This document shows positions 48,610 through 60,800 of a DNA stretch of 64,000 bases, piece after piece. The notes under the pieces were generated by a model. It was not told the DNA's origin and did not search any database. It saw only the letters and a program-made list of their open reading frames with translations. The first letter of the stretch is position 1. The number at the start of each line of letters is the position of its first letter. The translations under genes were made by a program, and so were the position numbers. Source of the stretch: Macrostomum lignano (taxonomy: Eukaryota); the NCBI GenBank assembly GCA_002269645.1, contig NIVC01001950.1, positions 1 to 64,000 on the forward strand, read 5' to 3'.

Positions 48610-49165
48610 CAAGGAGAGTAGTGGCACCTGTTAAATGCTCAGGAATGGTAATAGAACCCATTGAAGGCTCAGGGAAGGTAATGGCACCCATTGAAGGCTC
48701 AGGGAAAGTAGTGGCATTCATTGAAGGCTCAGGGAAGGTAGTGGCATTCATTGAAGGCTCAGGGAAGGTAGTGGAACTGGTTGAAGGCTCAGGGAGGGTA
48801 GTGGCACCCATTGAAGGCTCAGGGAAAGTAGTGGCACCCATTGAAGGCTCAGGGAGGATAGTGGCACTCATTGAAGGCTCAGGGAGGGTAGTAGCATTCA
48901 TAGAAGGCTCAGGGAAGGTAGTGGCATTTATAGAAGGCTCAAGGAAGGTAGTGGCACCCATTGAAGGCTCAGGGAAGGTAGTGGCATTCATTGAAGGCTC
49001 AGGGAGGGTAGTAGCATTCATAGAAGGCTCAGGGAAGGTAGTGGCATTTATAGAAGGCTCAAGGAAGGTAGTGGCACCTATTGAAGGCTCAGGGAGGGTA
49101 GTGGCACCCATTGAATGCTCAGAGAGGGTAGTGGCACCCATTGAAGGCCCAGTTGCACTGGTTGA
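48610..49165. repeat. 30-bp minisatellite (GGTAGTGGCACCCATTGAAGGCTCAGGGAA)
   Basis: About 18 copies, open on both strands. Confidence 0.9.
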
Positions 49166-49300
49166 AGGCTACTAGCTGTGTTAAATTTGCATTTCTACAA
49201 AGGATTTAGAAAGAAATTTTAAACCAATTGTTGCCAATATTCCAGCATACCAACATTTTATATATCTATACTTATCAATCAATAGCATCAAATATTTTGA

Positions 49301-51610
49301 ATGGCTCAGGTGAACTCTGAGCAGCATGAGCAGAGCCTGCTTATAACTCATCTGCTAAGCCGCATGCAATCAGCTGAGTACAACGCCTCGCTAATAGGGG
49401 AATGGCCAGAGTTCATTGCTCAATTGAGCAGCAGTATTGAGCAGATTATATTGCGAGATTATCGGCTATGCAATGCCGCATTGGATAATGAATCTGGCCA
49501 GGTCTGCGCCACCTATCCGCCAAGGATTTTCCTGCCTACGGGGCTGGCTACTAAGTTGCTTACCAGTACCTCGTCTGCTTCGAAGCAGTTTCGCTATCCC
49601 CGCCGACTCTCCGATCTGTGCTGCTCAGCGGCTGGGGCTCGAGTCCGGGGCCGCCTGCCACTGCCCGCCTTGATCTGTCAGGGCCGCCTCCTTTGCCGTT
49701 CGGCCACTCTGAGCGCCTGGCCGACTGGCGAGGAGGCTCGCGGGTCAGATAAGATTCTGTTAGACTCGCTGTGTGTCAGTCATATCGTGGATTTGACTAC
49801 GGAATCTCGGCCGCTGCTTGTGCCCGGCACACAAGTGCGCGTGCCTCTGTGGACTGCCGAGCTCTGGCTGAGCTGGTAGGTATGAGATTAGATCTGAATA
49901 GAAGTTTGTAGATATGGGATTAGATCAGAATAGAAGCTTGTAGATATGAGATAAGATCAGAATAGAAGCTTGTAGATATGGGATTAGATCAGAATAGAAG
50001 CTTGTAGATATGGGATTAGATCAGAATAGAAGCTTGTAGATATGGGATTAGATCAGAATAGAAGCTTGTAGATATATGATTAGATCAGAATAGAAGCTTG
50101 TAGATATGGGATTAGATCAGAATAGAAGCTTGTAGATATGAGATAAGATCAGAATAGAAGCTTGTAGATATGGGATTAGATCAGAATAGAAGCTATTAGA
50201 TATGAGATTAGATCAGAATAGAAGCTAGTAGTTGTGAGATTAGATCAGAATGGAAGCTATTAGATATGAGAGCTGCTAGGAAGGCCGGGAGTGAGCCTGT
50301 CCAAATCCCAATTTCCCATCAGCTACGCGGACTTTCGCCGGCTCCACCTGCCCTATCCCGGCTGCGACTTCTTCAGCAACTGGCCAGCTGTCGACGGCGC
50401 CCCGCTGCGCTACGACTGGACTGGGCAGGCGGCCACCCTGCGGCTGAACGGCCGGCTACCATCCTGCGCTGCCGCCATCGCCTGGCAGGAGTACCGCAGC
50501 TGGGATCTGGACAGGCTCACAGCCAACTACCTGCTCATTATGCTGGGTTACCTGACGGAGAGCAGCCTGGCTGAGATGCCGGGCGCCGGCGGAGATGGCG
50601 GTACAGAGTGGGCGCTGACTTCTGACTGGGGATTATTGGGATCTGTCACTCCCCTCATCAACAGTCACTTCCCTCATCACTCACCACAGTCACTCCCCTC
50701 ATCGCCCCACTGTCACTCCCCTTATCACTTCACTGTCACTCAGCTCATCACCCCACTGTCACTCCCCTCATCACCCCACAGTCACTCCCCTCATCACCCC
50801 ACAGTCACTCCCCTCATCACCCCACAGTCACTCCCCTCATCACCCCACAGTCACTCCCCTCATCACCCCACAGTCACTCCCCTCATCACCCCACAGTCAC
50901 TCCCCTCATCACCCCACAGTCACTCCCCTCATCACCCCACAGTCACTCCCCTCATCACCCCACAGTCACTCCCCTCATCACCCCACAGTCACTCCCCTCA
51001 TCACCCCACAGTCACTCCCCTCATCACCCCACAGTCACTTCCCGCATCACCCCCTGTCCGTCCTGCACCCTCAGCAGACGGTCAGTGCAGCGGGCTGCTG
51101 CTTCACTGCCTGAGCGGCTGGGACCGAACTCCTCTATTCGTCTCGCTAATCCGCTTACTGCTGTGGTCGGAGGGCCTGGCGCATGCGAGCCTCAGTCCTA
51201 GCGAGATTCTGCGCCTCTGCTTAGGCTACGACTGGTTCCTGTGGGGCCACCGCCTGCCCGACAGGCTGGCCAAGGGCCAGAGAATCCTGGAGTATTGCTT
51301 CCACTTTGTCGGCCTGGCTGCCGACCTGCCAGAACTGTCGATGGTGTCGCACTATCCTCTCATCGCTGGCGGTAGTGGTGATCATTGTTCGAATCCCAAC
51401 GGCATGACCAGAGCTGAGAAGTTGCGCTGCGTGTCAGCCATGTTCGCCGGGGCGCTGCGTCGATCATCGGGCAGTGCCGGTGTTGATGAGGCAGACGGAC
51501 CAGGCCGCGAGGTTGCTGGTTCCGACCGCGGCGTCTCATTGGCTGGCGCTGCTGCCGGGGCCGTCCTGGGCGTCCTGTCTGCGGCACTGTTTAATAACTC
51601 GCTGCCCTGA
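49301..51610 (+). CDS. MTMR14: Myotubularin-related protein 14 (phosphoinositide phosphatase), probably 3 exons: 49301-~49875, ~50284-50600, 51075-51610
   Basis: CATYPPRI, RVRGRLPLP, CRSATL, YADF..LPYPGCDFF and catalytic HCLSGWDRTPLF..LRLLLW..YDWFL.GH.L.DRL.KG all match MTMR14. The intron 1 acceptor is uncertain. Confidence 0.88.
49886..50270. repeat. 32-bp minisatellite filling MTMR14 intron 1
   Basis: ATTAGATCAGAATAGAAGCTTGTAGATATGGG x ~12. Confidence 0.9.
50640..51045. repeat. 23-bp minisatellite in predicted MTMR14 intron 2
   Basis: ACAGTCACTCCCCTCATCACCCC units. Confidence 0.9.
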
Positions 51611-51644
51611 GGCTTGAGAGCGCCATTTTCCTTTTTTCCCGGTG

Positions 51645-52225
51645 GGATGCCATTTCCTCATTTGGGATGCCATTTCCTGAATTGAGACGCCATTTCCTTA
51701 GTCAGGATGCCATTTCCTTAATTAGGATGCCATTTTCTCAATTGGGATGCCATTTCCTCAATTGGGATGCCATTTCCTTTATTGGGATGCCATTTCCTCA
51801 ATCGGGATGCTATTTCCTCAATTGGGATGCCATTTCCTCAATTGGGATGCCATTTCCTCAATTGGGATGCCATTTTCTCAATTGGGATGCCATTTCCTCA
51901 ATTGGGATGCCATTTCCTTTATTGGGATGCCATTTCCTCAATTGGGATGCCATTTCCTTTGGGATGCCATTTTCTCAATTGGGATGCCATTTCCTTTATT
52001 GGGATGCCATTTCCTCAATTGGGATGCCATTTCCTTTGGGATGCCATTTTCTCAATTGGGATGCCATTTCCTTTTTTGGGATGCCATTTCCTCAATTGGG
52101 ATGCCATTTCCTCAATTGGGATGCCATTTCCTCAATTGGGATGCCATTTCCTTTATTGGGATGCCATTTTCTCAATTGGGATGCCATTTCCTCAATTGGG
52201 ATGCCATTTCCTCAACCAGAATGCA
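51645..52225. repeat. 20-bp minisatellite
   Basis: ATTGGGATGCCATTTCCTCA x ~29. Confidence 0.95.
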
Positions 52226-52799
52226 ATTTCTTTACTGGGGTTTCCTAATTGTCCTAATTCTTCTGCCCAGTCGCTAAAGGAATGTTACATTTCGAATCAT
52301 GTCATTCACTTTTAAAAGTGCATTGGTTACTTTCCTTTAGTTTATTACTATAGCCGTTTCTGTTAGACGAAGTCAAATCGCGTATTTATTGATTAATTTA
52401 GTTGTAATAATGATCATATAGTTTGTATTTCTGTTTCTCAAACGTTAAACGCATGAAGTTTTTCATATTTTTATTGTGCTACTAAAGTCAGTTGTGTTAG
52501 TAGTGTAATGCGCATGCATAATTATAAATCAGAATTATTTTTAAATATATTATATATACTAACTAGTTACTGTAAAAGACATTTAAAAAAAGATTATGGT
52601 TCCAAACTAACGCATACTCTAATCTATTCAATCTTCTAAGTGTGCGTAGCTTTATTTACTTTTAATTTAACTTTAATTACGACTAGTTTAAGCAATTATT
52701 TGAGTCTGTTTTATATTTCGCTCACACGGACTTATAACAAAGCAAGCAATCGTACAGTATGCGACCAAGTTTTCCTGCATCATGCTGGATGATGCAGCA

Positions 52800-54830
52800 T
52801 TCTCTACCTGTCAGGTAATTCCTCACCAAACGATTCCTGCCTGTCAGACACAACCTTCCACCTGTCAGGTAATTCCTCACCAAACGATTCCTGCCTGTCA
52901 GACACAACCTTCCACCTGTCAGGTAATTCCTCACCAAACGATTCCTGCCTGTCAGACACAACCTTCCACCTGTCAGGTAATTCCTCACCAAACGATTCCT
53001 GCCTGTCAGGCACAACCTTCCACCTGTCAGGTAATTCCTCACCAAACGATTCCTGCCTGTCAGGCACAACCTTCCACCTGTCAAGTAATTCCTCACCAAA
53101 CGATTCCTGCCTGTCAGGCACAACCTTCCACCTGTCAGGTAATTCCTCACGAAACGATTCCTGCCTTCAGGCACAACCTTCCACCTGTCAGGTAATTCCT
53201 CACCAAACGATTCCTGCCTGTCAGACACAACCTTCCACCTGTCAGGTAATTCCTCACCAAACGATTCCTGCCTGTCAGGCACAACCTTCCACCTGTCAGG
53301 TAATTCCTCACCAAACGATTCCTGCCTGTCAGACACAACCTTCCACCTGTCAGACACAACCTTCCACCTGTCAGGTAATTCCTCACCAAACGATTCCCCG
53401 CCTGTCAGACACAACCTTCCACCTGTCAGACACAACCTTCCACCTGTCAGACACAACCTTCCACCTGTCAGACACAATTCTTTACCTGTCAGACACAACC
53501 CCCACCTGTAAGACACAATTCCCCAACCTGTCAGACACAATTTCCCACCTGTCAGACACAACCCTTAACCTGTCAGAAACAATTTCCCACCTGTCAGACA
53601 CAATTTCCCACCTGTCAGACACAACCCCCACCTGTAAGACACAATTCCCCAACCTGTCAGACACAATTTCCCACCTGTCAGACACAACCCTTAACCTGTC
53701 AGAAACAATTTCCCACCTGTCAGACACAATTTCCCACCTGTCAGACACAACCCTTAACCTGTCAGAAACAATTTCCCACCTGTCAGACACAATTTCCCAC
53801 CTGTCAGACACAACCCTTAACCTGTCAGAAACAATTTCCCACCTGTCAGACACAACCCCCAACCTGTCAGACACAACTCTCCACCTGTCAGACACAATTC
53901 CCCACCTGTCAGACACAACTCTCCACCTGTCAGACACAATTCCCCACCTGTCAGACACAATTCCCCACCTGTCAGACACAATTCCCCACCTGTCAGACAC
54001 AACTCTCCACCTGTCAGACACAACCCTTAACCTGTCAGAAACAATTTCCCACCTGTCAGACACAACCCCCAACCTGTCAGACACAATTCCCCACCTGTCA
54101 GACACAACTCTCCACCTGTCAGACACAACCCTTAACCTGTCAGAAACAATTTCCCACCTGTCAGACACAACCCCCAACCTGTCAAACACAACTCTCCACC
54201 TGTCAGACACAATTCCCCACCTGTCAGACACAACTCTCCACCTGTCAGACACAATTCCCCACCTGTCAGACACAATTCCCCACCTGTCAGACACAACTCT
54301 CCACCTGTCAGACACAATTCTCCACCTGTCAGACACAATTCCCCACCTGTCAGACACAACTCTCCACCTGTCAGACACAATTCCCCACCTGTCAGACACA
54401 ACTCTCCACCTGTCAGACACAATTCTCCACCTGTCAGACACAACTCTCCACCTGTCAGACACAATTCCCCACCTGTCAGACACAACTCTCCACCTGTCAG
54501 ACACAATTCCCCGCCTGTCAGACACAATTCCCCACCTGTCAGACACAATTCCCCACCTGTCAGACACAACTCTCCACCTGTCAGACACAATTCTCCACCT
54601 GTCAGACACAATTCCCCACCTGTCAGACACAACTCTCCACCTGTCAGACACAATTCCCCACCTGTCAGACACAACTCTCCACCTGTCAGACACAATTCTC
54701 CACCTGTCAGACACAACTCTCCACCTGTCAGACACAATTCCCCAACCTGTCAGACAACCCTCCACCTGTAAGACACAACTCCCAACTGTCAGACACAACC
54801 TTCCACCTGTCAGACACAACCCTCAATCTG
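52800..54830. repeat. Compound minisatellite: 54-bp unit grading into a 21-bp unit with a shared CCTGTCAG core
   Basis: 54-bp period at 52807-53420 and 21-bp CACCTGTCAGACACAATTCCC at 53420-54830. Confidence 0.95.
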
Positions 54831-54877
54831 TCAGGTACATGTACAAAACCAACTTCAAGTTAAGCTTGCTCGCACTG

Positions 54878-57800
54878 CTAGGCCACCTCCTTGAACAGCG
54901 GCATGATGACCAGGATGACGATGGTGGATCCAAACGCGGCCACCAGGAACAACCAGAACAGCATTCTGTCAACAATGAAGGCCAGCATTCGCCAATCGTT
55001 AATTAACAATTGGGCAGCCTCTTCTTCAACCTGGCGCCTGATGAGGCGTCTCAGATGCCGGTAGACATGGTCGTACTCTTGGTACTTGCGTCCGAGCAGC
55101 AGAGAAGCCGGTTGCTGCTGCTGGGGCCTCGCTAAGCCGCTGGGTCCGGCTGCTGTGGCTGCCGAGGCGGTCGGGCTGTCATCGGTGGCTCCCCGGTTGG
55201 CGATGGTGCCGCGTCGGTTGTCCTCCTCCATGATGGCGTCGTCTGCCGCCGTCAGGAACTGCCCGTTGCAGCTGCCGGGACTGCCTGCGACTTTTCTCGG
55301 CTGCTGGTCAGCTACTGCTGGTTGTGGCGATGTCGAGGTGCCGAGTAGTTCGACCTCTTCCGGCTGTTGCTGCTGCTGGCGGCACTCTTCGAACTTTTGA
55401 CGCCTTTTTCGGGCGCGTTTCTGGTATCGAGCGACAGAGCTCATGCAGAGCATCCGGGCTGCCAGGTTGAAGAAGAAATGCTTCAGCCTTGGCGGCACCG
55501 GTTTGTCGTTCGGCCCGATGTGGTGCAGATGGAGCACGAATACCGTCAGCACGATTGACAGCGATGTGGTGGACATGGTCACCGTCAGGTAGATGCCTGC
55601 GTGTGTTGATATTATATTGAGTATTTTACACTGTGACAGAGTATTGCTGCTAGTGAAAAACTTGATTTACACAATTGTTAATGTTTTTATAGAATCATAT
55701 ATATGAATCACGAAGTTATCTAATTCACACAATTTTTATTTTGTTCACACACTTATCTTACGCACACAGTTATCTTATTCACACAAACATCTTATTCACA
55801 CAGCTGTATTGTTCACACAACTATCTTGTTCACACAGTTATGTGATTCACACAACTATCATATTCACACAAGCATCTTATTCACACAGCTGTATTGTTGA
55901 CACAGCTACAGTGTTTAGACAACTATCTTGTTCACACAAGTTTCCAACTCACAAATAAAACAGATTCACACAAGGAAGTACATGTAGATTTTCAAAACAA
56001 TCGCAAATTTCATAGCACCATAAGTCAGCTGATTAATAGAAGAACTTCACGTTCACTCAAGCCATTAATTCACACTAAGGTGGGTCGCTCACCAATAAGC
56101 GGCACGAACTCGCTAGTGGCCGGCATGTTCTCAGCGATGAGCAGCATGAAGACTGAGAAGGCCAGCAGCACTGTGATACCCAGGGTGATCTTCTCCCCCG
56201 AGTCGGGTGGCAACCAGAATCCCAGCAGGCTGAGTACGGTGAGCCACAGGCAGGGGAAGATGATGTTGAACAGATAGTACAGGGTGCGCCTGCGGATCAC
56301 TATGTGGAACTTGATGTCCGGGTAGGGCACCGGGCTGATGGGGTAGACGGTCTGGAATGGTTTTGGAGAGGTAGAGGTTTTTATTTATTGGCTGGTGACA
56401 TTTGGGTTAGATTTAGCTGAGACAGCTGAGATTAGATTTAGCCTGAGACAGCTGAGATTAGATTTAGCCTGAGCCAGCTGAGATTAGATTTAGCCTGAGC
56501 CAGCTGAGATTAGATTTAGCTGAGATTAGATTTAGCCTGGGACAGCTGAGATTAGATTTAGCCTGAGACAGCTGAGATTAGATTTAGCCTGAGACAGCTG
56601 AGATTAGATTTAGCTGAGATTAGATTTAGCCTGAGACAGCTGAGATTAGATTTAGCCTGAGACAGCTGAGATTAGATTTAGCCTGAGCCAGCTGAGATTA
56701 GATTTAGCCTGAGACAGCTGAGATTAGATTTAGCCTGAGACAGCTGAGATTAGATTTAGCCTGAGACAGCGGAGATTAGATTTAGCTGAGATTAGATTTA
56801 GCCTGAGCCAGCTGAGATTAGATTTAGCCTGAGACAGCTGAGATTAGATTTAGCCTGAGACAGCTGAGATTAGATTTAGCCTGAGACAGCGGAGATTAGA
56901 TTTAGCTGAGATTAGATTTAGCCTGAGCCAGCTGAGATTAGATTTAGCCTGAGACAGCTGAGATTAGATTTAGCCTGAGACAGCGGAGATTAGATTTAGC
57001 TGAGATTAGATTTAGCCTGAGCCAGCTGAGATTAGATTTAGCCTGAGACAGCTGAGATTAGATTTAGCCTGAGACAGCTGAGATTAGATTTAGCCTGAGA
57101 CAGCGGAGATTAGATTTAGCTGAGATTAGACTTCGCTGAGATTATATTTGTCTGATACAGCTGAGATTAGCCCCCGATCGATGAGAATAGATCCTTAGCA
57201 GACCGGAAATTAGACTAGATCAACAAGCATCCGAGCTGAAAAAATTTGCAATGCAGTAACAGAACTCAAAGCAGACTTATTGAACCTTTTGCTCAAGGCT
57301 CCAAGGCTCCTATCAAGTTCATGATCTGCTCTGCTCTCACTCGACACCATCTGGAGCGGTCCAGACAAAATTCTACTTCACAAATATTGAGAGCTCGGCC
57401 GCTGCAGCAGCACCCTTCCCAGGCAGAAATTTGATTAAAGAGACTTGGGCGGCCGCTGGACTGCCCACTACAATCCCCTGGGGTACTCGGGCGTTAATAA
57501 GTTTACTAGGCTCTGTAAACTTATACCTTTTGTTGGCCTTGTTTAGTCAAACTAAATAAAATTACGAGATACGCGTCAATACTTGCTAACATGTAAGACT
57601 CCTAACGAAGTACCCTGGTGTTTCGAATAGATTTATTGCAGTATTTCACTCCCGTTAAGTATCTATTTCCATCAGTTCCATGTCTATTTCCATCAGTTCC
57701 ATGTCTATTTCCATCAGTTCCATGTCTATTTCCATCAGTTCCGTGTCTATTGCCATCAGTTCCATGTCTGTTTCCATCAGTTCCATGTCTATTTCCATCA

Positions 57801-60800
57801 GTTCCATATCTATTTCCATCAGTTCCATGTCTATTTCCATCAGTTCCATGTCTATTTCCATCAGTTCCATGTCTATTTCCACCAGTTCCATGTCTATTTC
57901 CATCAGTTCCATGTCTATTTCCATCAGTTCCATGTCTATTTCCATCAGTTCCATGTCTATTTTCATCAGTTCCATGTCTATTTCCATCAGTTCCATGTCT
58001 GTTTCCATCAGTTCCATAGCTATTTCCATCAGTTCCATGTCTATTTCCATCAGTTCCATGTGTATTTCCATCAGTTCCATGTCTATTTCCATCAGTTCCA
58101 TGTCTATTTCCACCAGTTCCATGTCTATTTCCATCAGTTCCATGTCTATTTCCATCAGTTCCATGTCTATTTCCATCAGTTCCATGTCTATTTTCATCAG
58201 TTCCATGTCTATTTCCATCAGTTCCATGTCTGTTTCCATCAGTTCCATAGCTATTTCCATCAGTTCCATATCTATTTCCATCAGTTCCATGTCTATTTCC
58301 ATCATTTCCATGTCTATTTCCATCAGTTCCATGTCTATTTCCATTAGTTCCATATCTATTTCCATCAGTTCCATGTCTATTTCCATCAGTTCCATGTGTA
58401 TTTCCATCAGTTCCATATCTATTTCCATCAGTTCCATGCCTAGTTCCATCAGTTCCATGTCTATTTCCATCAGTTCCATGTCTATTTCCATCAGTTCCAT
58501 GTCTATTTCCATCAGTTCCATGTGTATTTCCATCAGTTCCATATCTATTTCCATCAGTTCCATGTCTATTTCCATCAGTTCCATGTCTATTTCCATCAGT
58601 TCCATGTCTATTTCCATCAGTTCCATATCTATTTCCATCAGTTCCATATCTATTTCCATCAGTTCCATGTCTATTTCCATCAGTTCCATGTCTATTTCCA
58701 TCAGTTCCATATCTTTTTCCATCAGTTCCATGTCTATTTCCATCAGTTCCATGTGTATTTCCATCAGTTCCATGTCTATTTCCATCAGTTCCATATCTAT
58801 TTCCATCAGTTCCATGTCTATTTCCATCAGTTCCATGTGTATTTCCATCAGTTCCATGTCTATTTCCATCAGTTCCATGTGTATTTCCATCAGTTCCATA
58901 TCTATTTCCATCAGTTCCATGTCTATTTCCATCAGTTCCATATCTATTTCCATCAGTTCCATGTCTATTTCCATCATTTCCATGTCTATTTCCATCAGTT
59001 CCATGTCTATTTCCATTAGTTCCATATCTATTTCCATCAGTTCCATGTCTATTTCCATCAGTTCCATATCTAATTCCATCAGTTCCATATCTATTTCCAT
59101 TAGTTCCATATCTATTTCCATCAGTTCCATATCTATTTCCCAAGGTTCCATATCTACTTCTTAAGGTTCCACATCAATTTCCTTAGGTTCCAAATCCAGG
59201 TCACTGATCTCACCTCCTGCCGTTCCACATCGATTCGAATCAGATTCCACTCTCCGCTTTGAACATAATTTTGAAAGTCCACTTCCTCGCGCCTGAAAGT
59301 GTTGTCAAGATGTCACGTGATTTAAATAAAAATTTCTCGATGGTTGAACAGAAGATCTAACCAACTTCTTGCTGATGTTCACTTGATAACCATCGTAGGT
59401 CCACGAGCCGAACTTCATGGTGCAAATCTGATCGTCAAACGGGAAATACGTGATGTCGATCTTGCAGGTGGATCGCAGCTTGGCGGGTGGGGGCCAAAAC
59501 ACGGTGCCGTTCGCGTCCACCATCGCCTTGCTCTGCATGTAGCCTGTGGTGAAGTCATCGGCACTGCGTCGGGTGTAGGGGTTGGGGGGTCACGGTTGAA
59601 TTTGATGTGTCAGTGTCTGTAGAAATCAGTGTGTCAGTGCCTGTAGAATCAGTGTGTCAGTGTCTGTAGAATCAGTGTGTCAGTGCCTGTAGAATCAGTG
59701 TGTCAGTGTCTGTAGAATCAGTGTGTCAGTGTCTGTAGAATCAGTGTGTCAGTGTCTGTAGAATCAGTGTGTCAGTGCCTGTAGAATCAGTGTGTCAGTG
59801 TCTGTAGAATCAGTGTGTCAGAGTCTGTAGAATCAGTGTGTCAGTGTCTGTAGAGTCAGTGTGTCAGAGTCTGTACAATCAGTGCGTCAGTGTCTGTAGA
59901 ATCAGTGTGTCAGAGTCTGTAGAGTCAGTGTGTCAGAGTCTGTAGAATCAGTGTGTCAGTGTCTGTAGAGTCAGTGTGTCAGAGTCTGTACAATCAGTGT
60001 GTCAGTGTCAGTAGAATCAGTGTGTCAGTGCCTGTAGAATCACTATGTCACCTGTTGTACAGCACAATGTCAGGCAGCCAGATTTTCTGACATGGCACTC
60101 GCAGCACCTCCAAACCGTTGTAGTCCTTCGGGTCCCAGTGCAGCCGCTCGTCGTGCCACTCCTGTTTTGATTGACAGGTGGACAGGTCTCTATGTTTAAT
60201 TTGTTATAATCAGTAATTGATTCTTAGGATATGTCAGGACATACAGTAAAATTGAATTCTGTGTTTTGACGGACACATACTGACACATCTACTTAAGCGG
60301 TACTGTGTACTGACACATCTACTTAAGCACTACTGACACATCTAATTAAGCACTACTGACACATCTACTTAAGCACTACTGACACATCTAATTAAGCACT
60401 ACTGACACATCTACTTAAGCACTACTGACACATCTACTTAAGCACTACTGACACATCTAATTAAGCACTACTGACACATCTACTTAAGCACTACTGACAC
60501 ATCTACTTAAGCACTACTGACACATCTACTTAAGCGCTACTGACACATCTACTTAAGCGCTACTGACACATCTAATTTGAATCCTAACAATCGATTTTAT
60601 GACTTCATCAATCCAAGGTACAAAAATCAACCTTAACTTTCATTCAGTTTTCAAGTTCACAAACTTTAAAGATTTGAAGATCGAGCTTTCGAACTGTTTG
60701 TAAGTCACGACTCAATCCCTTCAAAAGCCGCTCCTTCATCTCTTTTTAGGCAGCTGGATTCTCAAGTGAAGTGGCGGCGGCGGTGAAGCACTCGCTAAAC

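Noticed and set aside
52722-54819. Long repeat ORFs (VSDRW.., CLTGG..)
   Set aside because: Products of 54-bp and 21-bp tandem arrays, with no unique flanking coding sequence.
57602-59164. ORFs of ~500 aa on both strands (GTDGNRH / MELMEID / SISISSM repeats)
   Set aside because: Artefacts of a 21-bp (3n) minisatellite inside an nAChR intron defined by in-phase splice sites.
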